Shown piece by piece: positions 28,759 through 36,952 of a stretch of DNA of 64,000 nt. Source of the DNA: Candidatus Parcubacteria bacterium (lineage in GTDB: Bacteria; Patescibacteriota; Minisyncoccia; Minisyncoccales; JAGLUP01); the NCBI GenBank assembly GCA_023134715.1, contig JAGLUP010000002.1:15906-79905 (forward strand), written 5' to 3'. The number at the start of each line of letters is the position of its first letter. Position 1 is the stretch's first letter. The position numbers and the translations under genes were made by a program. Under the pieces are notes generated by a model. That model saw only the letters and a list, made by a program, of their open reading frames with translations, searched no databases and was not told where the DNA came from.

Positions 28759-30426
28759 ATGTTAAAAAAACAATCAGTTAAGAAAAAAATATTTATTGGA
28801 GCTGCTTGGCCTTACGCCAACGGTTCACTTCACTTAGGGCACGTGGCAGGACTAATTGGTGGAGATATTATAGCGCGTTATTACCGCCTTTGCGCAAATG
28901 ATGTGTTATTTGTGTCTGGAACTGATTGCCATGGTACGCCAATTGTAATTGAAGCGGAGAAAAAGGGAATCCATCCCTCCAAGATTGCTGAAAAATATCA
29001 TAAAGAATTTATAAAAACCCTTGTTAGTGGCCTAAACTTTTCCTATGATTGTTATACAAAAACAACGACTGAAAAACATAAAGAGGTTGTTCAAAATATT
29101 TTCCTTAAATTATATAAAAAAGGTTATATTTACACTAAAACAGAAGAGCTGCCTTTCTGTCCTAAATGCAAGCGCTTTTTGCCAGATCGCTATATTGAAG
29201 GAGAATGTCCTAAATGCCATTATAAAAAAGCAAGAGGAGACCAGTGCGATGAATGTGGAAATTTAATGAACACAAAAGAACTTTTAAGAGCGCGTTGTAA
29301 AAATTGCAATAATACTCCGGAATGGAAATCGTCTGAACATTTTTTTCTTAAACTTTCATCTTTTCAAAATAAGCTTAAAAAACGAGTGGCTAAAAGTAGG
29401 GGATGGCGGTCAAACGCTACAAAATTTACTTTAAATTTATTAAAGGAAGGCCTACCAGACAGAGCAATTACTCGTGATACAGAATGGGGTGTTCCAATTC
29501 CATTAAAGGGATATACTAACAAACGAATATATGTTTGGTTTGAAGCGGTATGCGGATACTTATCAGCTAGTAAAGAATGGTCAGAAAAACAAAATAAAAA
29601 AAATAAATGGGAATCATTTTGGCTAAAAGATAATTCTATTCATTATTATGTTCATGGGAAAGACAATATTCCATTTCATACTATAATTTGGCCTTCGATG
29701 CTTATGGCTTTTGGTGACTTACACTTACCTGATAAAATTATTTCTTCAGAATATCTTACGCTAGAGAAAAAACAGTTTTCAAAGAGTCGTAATTGGGCAG
29801 TTTGGCTGCCAGACTTTTTAAAAGACTTTGATTCTGAAATGCTTAGATATTATCTAATAATCAATGGCCCTGAAAATTCAGATACTGACTTTTCTTGGAA
29901 AGAATTTCAAACCAAAATAAACAATGAACTCGTCGCCAACTTTGGCAATCTTGCGCATAGAACATTTTCCCTGATTAAGAAAAATTTTCCTAATGGCATT
30001 GAGTTTCCAAAAAAATTAGACAATAAAAGCAAACAACTGTTAAAGCAAGCAGAAAAAAGCTTCACTCTTATTGGCGAAGCAATCCAGGAAGCGCGCTTTA
30101 GGCAGGGATTAAAAATAGCCATGGATCTTTCAGATCAGGCCAATCAATATTTAAGCGATGCCGCTCCATGGGAAAGTGTCAAAAATAATCACTCTCAGGC
30201 AGCAAAAGATTTAGCAGTAACAGCTCACATAATTCGCTGTTTGGCTATTTTGCTAAATCCATTTATTCCCCTAACAATCAAAAGAATTAAACAAATCACA
30301 AAAAACGATCCAGAAAAAATTTGGCAGTATCCAACACCTGGATTTGTCCAAATTGCAGACCTAAAGCCTTTATATAAAAAAATAGATGATTCTGAAATAA
30401 AGAATCAAATTGAACGATTAGGTTAA
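28759..30426 (+). CDS. metG: Methionine--tRNA ligase
   Basis: AWPYANGSLHLGH (HIGH), Zn-knuckle CPKC..CDEC and KFSKSRN (KMSKS). Confidence 0.9.
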   Translation: MLKKQSVKKKIFIGAAWPYANGSLHLGHVAGLIGGDIIARYYRLCANDVLFVSGTDCHGTPIVIEAEKKGIHPSKIAEKYHKEFIKTLVSGLNFSYDCYTKTTTEKHKEVVQNIFLKLYKKGYIYTKTEELPFCPKCKRFLPDRYIEGECPKCHYKKARGDQCDECGNLMNTKELLRARCKNCNNTPEWKSSEHFFLKLSSFQNKLKKRVAKSRGWRSNATKFTLNLLKEGLPDRAITRDTEWGVPIPLKGYTNKRIYVWFEAVCGYLSASKEWSEKQNKKNKWESFWLKDNSIHYYVHGKDNIPFHTIIWPSMLMAFGDLHLPDKIISSEYLTLEKKQFSKSRNWAVWLPDFLKDFDSEMLRYYLIINGPENSDTDFSWKEFQTKINNELVANFGNLAHRTFSLIKKNFPNGIEFPKKLDNKSKQLLKQAEKSFTLIGEAIQEARFRQGLKIAMDLSDQANQYLSDAAPWESVKNNHSQAAKDLAVTAHIIRCLAILLNPFIPLTIKRIKQITKNDPEKIWQYPTPGFVQIADLKPLYKKIDDSEIKNQIERLG

Positions 30427-30582
30427 AAGAAAAGCCGAATATTTATAATTCAAGATAATCAAGAAAAATTAGTTAAAATTTTTCAGAATTTTTCCCGGGA
30501 CAGAGTAAATAATAATTTTTAAATAAAAAATTTGACCTTGTGTCCTATAACATCACACAAAAACAAGATGTAAGCCAATAAA

Positions 30583-30626
30583 CCCAAAAGTAGTCAGTTT
30601 TATGTGGAATTGCCGGTGGAATAATT
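30583..30626 (+). repeat. Remnant 1 of the histidine-kinase 3' end
   Basis: CCCAAAAGTAGTCAGTTTTATGTGGAATTGCCGGTGGAATAATT aligns with 28655-28698 of the kinase (..SQFYVELP..stop). Confidence 0.7.
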
Positions 30627-30628
30627 CC

Positions 30629-30657
30629 TTAACTAATTAAGAATATTGTTGTATAAT
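30629..30657 (+). promoter_or_regulatory. Promoter of the SepRS-SepCysS operon (near-leaderless)
   Basis: TTAACT, 17 nt, TATAAT. The ATG lies only 9 nt after the -10 element. Confidence 0.45.
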
Positions 30658-30666
30658 AAAAATACT

Positions 30667-32205
30667 ATGGATAATGATAAAATAAAAAATAAAGGGTTGT
30701 GGGATATTAAAAAATTAAAAGAGAAAAAGGAAAAAGATTTTGAAAAAACATGGCTTGAAACAGCCAAGCTTTTACCGAGAAATACCCATCTTAAATTAAA
30801 AAACAAAGGAACGCCGAATTTAGTCGCAGAGATGATAGAAAAATCAAGAAAAATTCTTTTAAATGCTGGCTTTAGAGAAGTGATAAATAAAACTATTTTA
30901 CCTGAAGATGATATTTATAAACAATATGGCCCGGAGAGTCCTTTAATTTTAGATAGAACCTATTATCTCGCGACCCCATCTAAGCCAGATATAGGATTAA
31001 GCAAAAAGAGAATTGAGGAAATAAGCAAAATAATAGGAAGTTTTACTTCGGAAAAATTGCAAAACATATTGCGCGACTATAAAAAGGGAATAATAGAGGG
31101 AGACGATTTAATTGAAGAAATAGTTAATAAACTTAAGATAAAGCCAGAACAGGCTACGGCAATAATTGAAAAGGTTTTTCCAGAATTTAAAAAAAATAGA
31201 CCGGTTTGTTCTAATCTAACATTAAGGGGGCATATGACAGCTACTTGGTATCATACTCTTGCCGCCCTTCAAGACAAAGAGGAATTTCCAATAGCGTTAT
31301 TTTCTGTCGGGCCTCGCTATAGAAACGAACAAAGAGAGGATTTCAGCCATCTTTGCGTCCATAATTCCGCTTCTATGGTAATTATGGATCCTGAAATAAG
31401 CATTGAAGCAGGCAGAAAAATTACAAAAGAAATTTTAAAAGAATACGGCTTTAAGGACGCAAAATTTGAGAAAAAAAAGGCAACTGCAAAATATTACGCG
31501 CCGGAACAAGAAGAAGAAGTATTTGTGAAAAAATTCGGAAAGTGGATTGAAATAGCAAATATAGGAATGTATTCTCCAATCTCTTTGGCAAATTTTAAAA
31601 TTCGCTATCCTGTGTTTAATGCTGGCTTTGGCATAGAAAGATTAGCTATGGTGTTAGAAAATATCAAAGATATAAGAAAACTTGTTTATCCTCAATTTTA
31701 TGAAAAAGAATATACTGATGAAGAAATAGCTGAATCCATCAGTTATATAAAAGAGCCCTCTACTTTAAAGTGTAAAAAAATAGCCGAGTCAATAGAAAAA
31801 ACAGCAAGGAAAGAAAAAGATGAAGCATCTCCTTGCGAAATTGAAGCATATAAAGATAATTCAATTAAAGTGGAAATTATAGAAAAGGAAGAAAATAAAA
31901 AATTAATTGGTCCCGCCGGACTAAATTATATTTGCGTAAAAGATGAAAATATATATCCAGATATTTCTCAATCTGGAATTCCGACAGGGAAATCTTATAT
32001 TTCAGGCATAGCTAACGCGATTGCATACGAGATTGAAAAAGGAAATATCCCGTTTGCGCTTAAAGTTAAAACAGTAAAGGGGCTTTCTGATATTAATATG
32101 AAAATTCCAAAACATATTAGAGATTATTTAGAGGGAAAAGGAAAAAAAATCGGTTTAAGCGGATATGCGTTTGTGGAAATCCAAGTTAAAAAAAATAAAA
32201 AATGA
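30667..32205 (+). CDS. sepS: O-phosphoseryl-tRNA(Cys) ligase (SepRS)
   Basis: Collinear with archaeal SepRS as I recall it: DFEKTWLET, DIYKQYGPE, LDRTYYLA, PDIGLS, YKKGIIEGDDL, VFPEFK, LTLRGHMT, HNSAS, KYYAPEQEEEV, GFGIERLAMV, VYPQFYE. The start is set to ATG 30667 (the track gives TTG 30646). Confidence 0.85.
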   Translation: MDNDKIKNKGLWDIKKLKEKKEKDFEKTWLETAKLLPRNTHLKLKNKGTPNLVAEMIEKSRKILLNAGFREVINKTILPEDDIYKQYGPESPLILDRTYYLATPSKPDIGLSKKRIEEISKIIGSFTSEKLQNILRDYKKGIIEGDDLIEEIVNKLKIKPEQATAIIEKVFPEFKKNRPVCSNLTLRGHMTATWYHTLAALQDKEEFPIALFSVGPRYRNEQREDFSHLCVHNSASMVIMDPEISIEAGRKITKEILKEYGFKDAKFEKKKATAKYYAPEQEEEVFVKKFGKWIEIANIGMYSPISLANFKIRYPVFNAGFGIERLAMVLENIKDIRKLVYPQFYEKEYTDEEIAESISYIKEPSTLKCKKIAESIEKTARKEKDEASPCEIEAYKDNSIKVEIIEKEENKKLIGPAGLNYICVKDENIYPDISQSGIPTGKSYISGIANAIAYEIEKGNIPFALKVKTVKGLSDINMKIPKHIRDYLEGKGKKIGLSGYAFVEIQVKKNKK

Positions 32206-33302
32206 TATACAAAAGACAAAACAAAAATAAAATAAATATTAATCCTATTCAAGCCGGGGGAATCTTAACACAAGACGCAAAGAAAACGCTTATTGAGTGG
32301 GGAGATGGTTATTCAGTATGTGATATTTGGTATAGCGGAAAAATTGATAAAATAGAAAATCCGCAAATCAGAAAATTTATTGATGAAGCTCTGCCAAAAT
32401 TTCTCGGAAGCGACATTGTAAGAATAATAGGAGGGGCAAGAGAAGGAATATGCGCTATTATGCGCGCTGTGACAAAGCCAGGAGATACTATTTTAATAGA
32501 CGAAAATAAACATTACACAACCGTGCTTGCCGCTGAAAAAAACGACTTAAAGGTTATTGAAGTTCCAAACTCTGGACACCCTCAATATAAAATTGATGTT
32601 AAAGATTATGAAAAATTAATAAAAAAACATAAGCCAGCTTTAATTTTATTAACTTATCCAGACGGAAATTATGGAAATATGCCAGACGCAAAAAAACTTG
32701 GAGAAATCGTTTCAAAATATAATATTCCTTATTTATTAAACGCCGCTTATTCCGCGGGAAGGTTGCCTGTTAGCTTAAGCGCTATTAACGCAGATTTTAT
32801 AGTCACATCCGGACATAAAAGCATGGCTTCTTCCGAGCCCATTGGAATATTGGGTTTTAGAAAAAAATGGAAAGATATTTTATTTAAAAAATCTTCTTTT
32901 TATCCTGATAAAGAAATTGAATTTTTAGGCCATTATCAGAAAGGCGCGCCGATGATGACTTTAATGGCTTCTTTTCCTTATGTTGTAAAACGAGTAAAGA
33001 ATTGGGAAGAACAAGTGGAAAAAGCAAGATGGTTTTCAGCTGAAATGGAAAACCTTGGTTTTAAGCAATTGGGTGAAAAACCGCATAACCATGACTTGCT
33101 TTTTTTTGAAAGCCCTCAGCTTTATAAAATCTCGCAAAAACACAAAGATGGAAGATTTTTTCTTTATAAAGAACTAAAAAAGAATGGAATTTATGGAATA
33201 AAGCCAGGACTAACTAAATATTTTAAACTTTCAACATTTGCCGCGTCAAAACAAGACCTGCAAAAGATATTAAAAACTTTTGAAGAAATATTAAGAAAAT
33301 AA
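32202..33302 (+). CDS. pscS: Sep-tRNA:Cys-tRNA synthase (SepCysS), PLP-dependent
   Basis: ININPIQAGGILT, EWGDGYSVCD and SGHKSM (PLP lysine). Its ATGA overlaps the SepRS stop. Confidence 0.85.
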   Translation: MIYKRQNKNKININPIQAGGILTQDAKKTLIEWGDGYSVCDIWYSGKIDKIENPQIRKFIDEALPKFLGSDIVRIIGGAREGICAIMRAVTKPGDTILIDENKHYTTVLAAEKNDLKVIEVPNSGHPQYKIDVKDYEKLIKKHKPALILLTYPDGNYGNMPDAKKLGEIVSKYNIPYLLNAAYSAGRLPVSLSAINADFIVTSGHKSMASSEPIGILGFRKKWKDILFKKSSFYPDKEIEFLGHYQKGAPMMTLMASFPYVVKRVKNWEEQVEKARWFSAEMENLGFKQLGEKPHNHDLLFFESPQLYKISQKHKDGRFFLYKELKKNGIYGIKPGLTKYFKLSTFAASKQDLQKILKTFEEILRK

Positions 33303-33330
33303 ATTATAAAAATTATGCATCGCAATAATC

Positions 33331-33349
33331 CAGTTTTATGTTGAACTGC
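33331..33349 (+). repeat. Remnant 2 of the histidine-kinase 3' end (short)
   Basis: CAGTTTTATGTTGAACTGC matches the core of the other copies. Confidence 0.5.
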
Positions 33350-33375
33350 AGATTAAGTAGAATTCATTTACAATT

Positions 33376-34263
33376 GTGAAAGCAATAAAATTATATAAAA
33401 AATTAGAAAAAGATTTTATCAAGCCTTCTTTGAGTGATGATTGGGCGAGATATATGGATTTAATATCTGATTTTCTTTCAGAAAATTTTAAAAAACGTTC
33501 AATGGGATTAGTGTGCGACAATACTCAAGATATTAATAAAATTTATACTGCTGTATTTCCTTCAGATGAAATTATGCAATTAATTTTGGATAAAAATGAA
33601 ACCGATATTATGCTTTTTGTCCATCACCCCTCAATTTGGGTTTTAGGTAAAAAGTTCAAAGTTTCTCAGAAAACAAATAGGGCTATAGTTTTTCGAGAAA
33701 TGAATAGAAATTTATTACAACAGTTTTAAAAAAGAAGAATATCTATTTATAATTTACATGTTCCTTTAGATGATTACGGAGAATATTCAACAAGCGTAAC
33801 TCTATCAAAGGCCTTAAAAACGAAACCAGAAAAACCATTTGCTCCTTATTTTGGTGGATTGTGTGGCGTAGTTGCAAAAACCGACATAAAGACAGTAAAA
33901 AATTTAAAAAAAAGAATAGAAAAAGTTGTTAACCACAATGTTAGATTGTATTCTTATGGAACAAACGAAATAAAAAACAAAAAATTTGCAATAATCGCCG
34001 GAGGAGGTAATTCACCAGAGGAAATTTCCAATATCGCGGAGCTTGGAATAAATACCTTTATTACCGGCGTAACTAAATTAGACAAAAATTATTTACCTTC
34101 AGTTAAGGCACACAGTTTATTAAAAAAATTTAGAATAAATCTCATTGGAGCAACACATTACTCAACGGAAAAATTTGCCTGCATTGCTATATGTAAATAT
34201 TTTGAGAGATTAGGGTTGCCATCTGAATTTATAGAGGATAAACCTTTATTAGCAGATATGTAA
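33376..34263 (+). pseudogene. NIF3-family (dinuclear metal centre) gene interrupted by one in-frame TAA at 33727-33729
   Basis: ORFs 33376-33729 and 33859-34263 are in the same frame. Reading through gives ..HHPSIW..EMNRNLLQQF*KRRISIYNLHVPLDDYG.., which is collinear with the E. coli YbgI region HHGYFW..GMKRNRLKTLLANDINLYGWHLPLD. The C-terminus has GGGNS..GINTFITG..GATHYSTE. Confidence 0.7.
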
Positions 34264-34286
34264 GGGTTCTAATAATACACAAGGGT

Positions 34287-34357
34287 AAAATCTTGGCAGA
34301 AAGCGCTGGCAGGTCCAAAGGTAGTCAGTTTTATGTTGAACTGCCGGTGAAATAATT
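34287..34357 (+). repeat. Remnant 3 of the histidine-kinase 3' end (~70 bp)
   Basis: TAAAATCTTGGCAGAAAGCGCTGGCAGGTCCAAAGGTAGTCAGTTTTATGTTGAACTGCCGGTGAAATAA aligns with 28627-28696. Confidence 0.8.
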
Positions 34358-34415
34358 TTTCTTGACTTTTTATTTTTATTATTCTAAAATTAAATTAGAA
34401 TTAAAGCTAAAAAAT

Positions 34416-34622
34416 ATGACTATAAAACTATCTCCAAAAATTAAAAAAACAGTAAGAGAATTTGGTTATTTGGATGAGGAAAAATTTATCCGAGAAGCTA
34501 TAGAAAAAAGATTAATGGAATTAAAAAAATTCCGCTTTTTTGCTATTTCTGAAGAGATAAGAAAAGGTTTAGAAAAGAAAGGAATAAAGCCAGAAGATGT
34601 CTTAAGGGAAATCAAATCTTAA
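34416..34622 (+). CDS. Small antitoxin-like protein (ribbon-helix-helix-like, tentative)
   Basis: 68 aa. It lies 3 nt upstream of a PIN gene and is preceded by a promoter, TTGACT-17-TAAAAT (34363-34391). Confidence 0.5.
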   Translation: MTIKLSPKIKKTVREFGYLDEEKFIREAIEKRLMELKKFRFFAISEEIRKGLEKKGIKPEDVLREIKS

Positions 34623-34625
34623 TCA

Positions 34626-35027
34626 ATGAAGATTAGAATTGTAATTGATGCCAACATTATAATTTCAGCTCTTCTTGGCGGAAAGCCAAGATTTATTTTA
34701 TTTGACACTAAATTCGAGTTTATTACTTCTGACTTTACCCTAAGAGAGGTAGAAAAATATATTCCTTTAATTTCTCGTAAATCTGGCGTTTTGGAGGAAG
34801 AAATCAAAAGGGGAATGTTCTTTTTACCTTTAAAAGTTGTATCTCATGATTATTATAAAGATTATATAAAGCAAGCAGAAGAATTAATTAAAGAAATTGA
34901 TAAAGACGATATTGATATTTTGGCTCTTTACTTAAAAGAAAAAACATTTCTATGGAGCCAAGATAAAGATTTTGAAAAAGTGAAGTTTAAGATAAACCTG
35001 CTCAAAACAGAAGACCTTGTTTTATAA
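34626..35027 (+). CDS. PIN-domain toxin (VapC-like)
   Basis: N-terminus MKIRIVIDANIIISALLGG has the typical PIN acidic first strand, and DKDF occurs later. Confidence 0.8.
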   Translation: MKIRIVIDANIIISALLGGKPRFILFDTKFEFITSDFTLREVEKYIPLISRKSGVLEEEIKRGMFFLPLKVVSHDYYKDYIKQAEELIKEIDKDDIDILALYLKEKTFLWSQDKDFEKVKFKINLLKTEDLVL

Positions 35028-35035
35028 TTCTATTT

Positions 35036-35096
35036 TTATTGCCCGCAAGTGCAACGGCAAAATCCGGTTTTATGTTGAGCTACCAGTGAAATAATT
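35036..35096 (+). repeat. Remnant 4 of the histidine-kinase 3' region (with internal deletions)
   Basis: ATTGCCCGCAAGT..GGCAAAATC..GGTTTTATGTTGAGCTACCAGTGAAATAA aligns in pieces with kinase 28588-28696. Confidence 0.6.
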
Positions 35097-35173
35097 TAAA
35101 AATAATTAAAAATTCGAAGAATATATGTGAAATAGGGGATTGAGCCCCTGTTTTTTTGTTTTTTAGAGGGGGT

Positions 35174-35262
35174 GTGGATAAATTGGGGAAAAATCAAGGG
35201 TTGACGAATGTTTAGGAGTGGGATAAAATATAGATGAAGTGGAAAACTGTGGATAAATATGT
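35174..35262 (+). promoter_or_regulatory. dcw-cluster promoter with repeated MraZ-box-like GTGG(G/A) motifs
   Basis: TTGACG (35201-35206), 17 nt, TAAAAT (35224-35229). GTGGATAAA, GTGGGATAAAA, GTGGAAAAC and GTGGATAAA repeats surround and follow it. Confidence 0.55.
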
Positions 35263-35293
35263 TAATAACTCATCCATATTGTGAATAACTAAT

Positions 35294-35725
35294 ATGTTCA
35301 TAGGCGAATACAAACATACTATTGATGTTAAAAAACGGCTTTCTATTCCGGCTAAATTCCGAAGAGAGCTGGGAAAAGGCGCGGTAATTACCCGCGGCAT
35401 TGATAACTGTCTGGTTATTTATCCTTTAAAAGAATGGAAAGTTATGTCTGATAAATTAGGCAAGCTCCCATCAAGCCAGGTTGAAGCCCGTGGGTTTGCC
35501 AGAATTATGTTAGCCGGAGCCGCGGCAGTCCAGTTTGACAGCTTAGGCAGAATTCTTATTCCTGAATATTTAAAAAAATACGCTTTATTAGCAAAAAATG
35601 TTGTTATTACCGGGCTTTATAATCGATTAGAAATTTGGGACAGTAAAAAATGGGATTCTTATAAAAAGAAAATGGAAAAAGACGTAGGGGATATTGCTGG
35701 CAAATTGGGAGAGCTTGGCATATAA
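35294..35725 (+). CDS. mraZ: Transcriptional regulator MraZ
   Basis: MFIGEYKHTIDVKKRLSIPAKFR, with a duplicated SpoVT/AbrB-like fold. Confidence 0.9.
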   Translation: MFIGEYKHTIDVKKRLSIPAKFRRELGKGAVITRGIDNCLVIYPLKEWKVMSDKLGKLPSSQVEARGFARIMLAGAAAVQFDSLGRILIPEYLKKYALLAKNVVITGLYNRLEIWDSKKWDSYKKKMEKDVGDIAGKLGELGI

Positions 35726-35728
35726 ATT

Positions 35729-36601
35729 ATGAAATATCACATTCCAGTTCTTCAAAAAGAGGTCTTGGAATATCTTAATCCAAAGCCAAATGAAAATTTT
35801 ATTGATTGTACAATTGGAGAAGCAGGGCATACTTTTGCAATTTTAGAAAAAAATAAACCAAACGGCAAAGTATTGGGAATAGAGATAGACCCTGAGGTTT
35901 ATAAAAAATCACGGGCGACAGATAGGTTAATATTGGTCAATGATTCGTATGTAGATTTAAAAAAAATTGTTGGGCAATATAATTTCAAAAATGTTTCTGG
36001 AATCCTGATTGATCTTGGTTTCTCATCCTGGCATATTGAAAAATCAAAGAAAGGATTTTCTTTTCAAAAAGACGAAGCGCTTGATATGCGATTTAGCCCG
36101 GATTCAAATTTAACCGCAAAAGAAATTCTCAATAGATATTCAGAAAAAGAAATTGAAAAAATCTTAAAAAAATACAGCCAGGAAAAATTTGGCAAAAGAA
36201 TTGCCAAAAAAATTATTGAAGCAAGGAGAATGAAGCCGATAAATACCACATTTGAATTAGTTGAAATAATTAAAAGCTCTGTTCCTTTGTGGTATCAGCG
36301 CCAAAAAAGAAACCCTGCGACTAAAACATTTCAAGCATTGAGAATCGCGGTAAATGACGAACTTAATAACTTAAGGAAAATTTTACCGCAAACATTAAAA
36401 ATTTTAAAACCTGGGGGTAAAATAGTAATAATTGGTTTCCATTCTTTGGAAGACAGAATTGTTAAAAACTTTTTCAAAGAAACCAAAAAAGAGAAATTGG
36501 TTAAAATTTTAACTGAAAACCCAATTAAACCAGGCAGGGAAGAAATTAAAATAAATCCTCGTTCAAGGTCAGCGAAATTAAGAGCCGCGATAAAAATATG
36601 A
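35729..36601 (+). CDS. rsmH: 16S rRNA (cytosine1402-N4)-methyltransferase
   Basis: HIPVL..EVLEYL, DCTIGEAGH, GILIDLGFSS and FHSLEDRIVK. Confidence 0.9.
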   Translation: MKYHIPVLQKEVLEYLNPKPNENFIDCTIGEAGHTFAILEKNKPNGKVLGIEIDPEVYKKSRATDRLILVNDSYVDLKKIVGQYNFKNVSGILIDLGFSSWHIEKSKKGFSFQKDEALDMRFSPDSNLTAKEILNRYSEKEIEKILKKYSQEKFGKRIAKKIIEARRMKPINTTFELVEIIKSSVPLWYQRQKRNPATKTFQALRIAVNDELNNLRKILPQTLKILKPGGKIVIIGFHSLEDRIVKNFFKETKKEKLVKILTENPIKPGREEIKINPRSRSAKLRAAIKI

Positions 36602-36912
36602 CAATTTCTAACAAGGTAAAGAAAAATATTTTTAATCTTAAAATCGGTTTGTTTTCATTATCTATTTTAGTGGGCGCTCTTTTAATGTTGTATGTTTTCC
36701 AAATTAATGAAATAACAAAAATATCTTATTTGACAAAAACTTACGAAAAACAAATAAATGAAATTTCTCAAGAAAACAAGGATTTAGAAATTAATCACTC
36801 TCAACTTAGCACTTTAGAAAATATTGAAATTTTAGTTCAAAATTCTAATTTTGAAAAAGTAAAACAGATAAAATACATTCAGATTTTAGACAGCACTGTT
36901 GCGGCAAAATAA
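36598..36912 (+). CDS. ftsL: FtsL-like cell-division protein
   Basis: Single TM plus coiled coil. The position between rsmH and ftsI supports the call, as does the ATGA overlap. Confidence 0.6.
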   Translation: MTISNKVKKNIFNLKIGLFSLSILVGALLMLYVFQINEITKISYLTKTYEKQINEISQENKDLEINHSQLSTLENIEILVQNSNFEKVKQIKYIQILDSTVAAK

Positions 36913-36952
36913 TTTTTTAACAACGGAAAATACTTAATTTCCTACGGGGTAA

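Noticed and set aside
32199-32205. Alternative genetic code with UGA reassigned, as in some CPR lineages.
   Set aside because: Conserved genes end at TGA in ATGA overlaps (32202, 42951, 45102), and ftsI ends at TGA. No conserved gene needs an in-frame TGA to be read through.
33376-34263. Treating 33376-33729 and 33859-34263 as two separate small genes, or invoking a frameshift.
   Set aside because: Both are in the same frame, and the intervening codons encode conserved NIF3 sequence. A single TAA is the only interruption.
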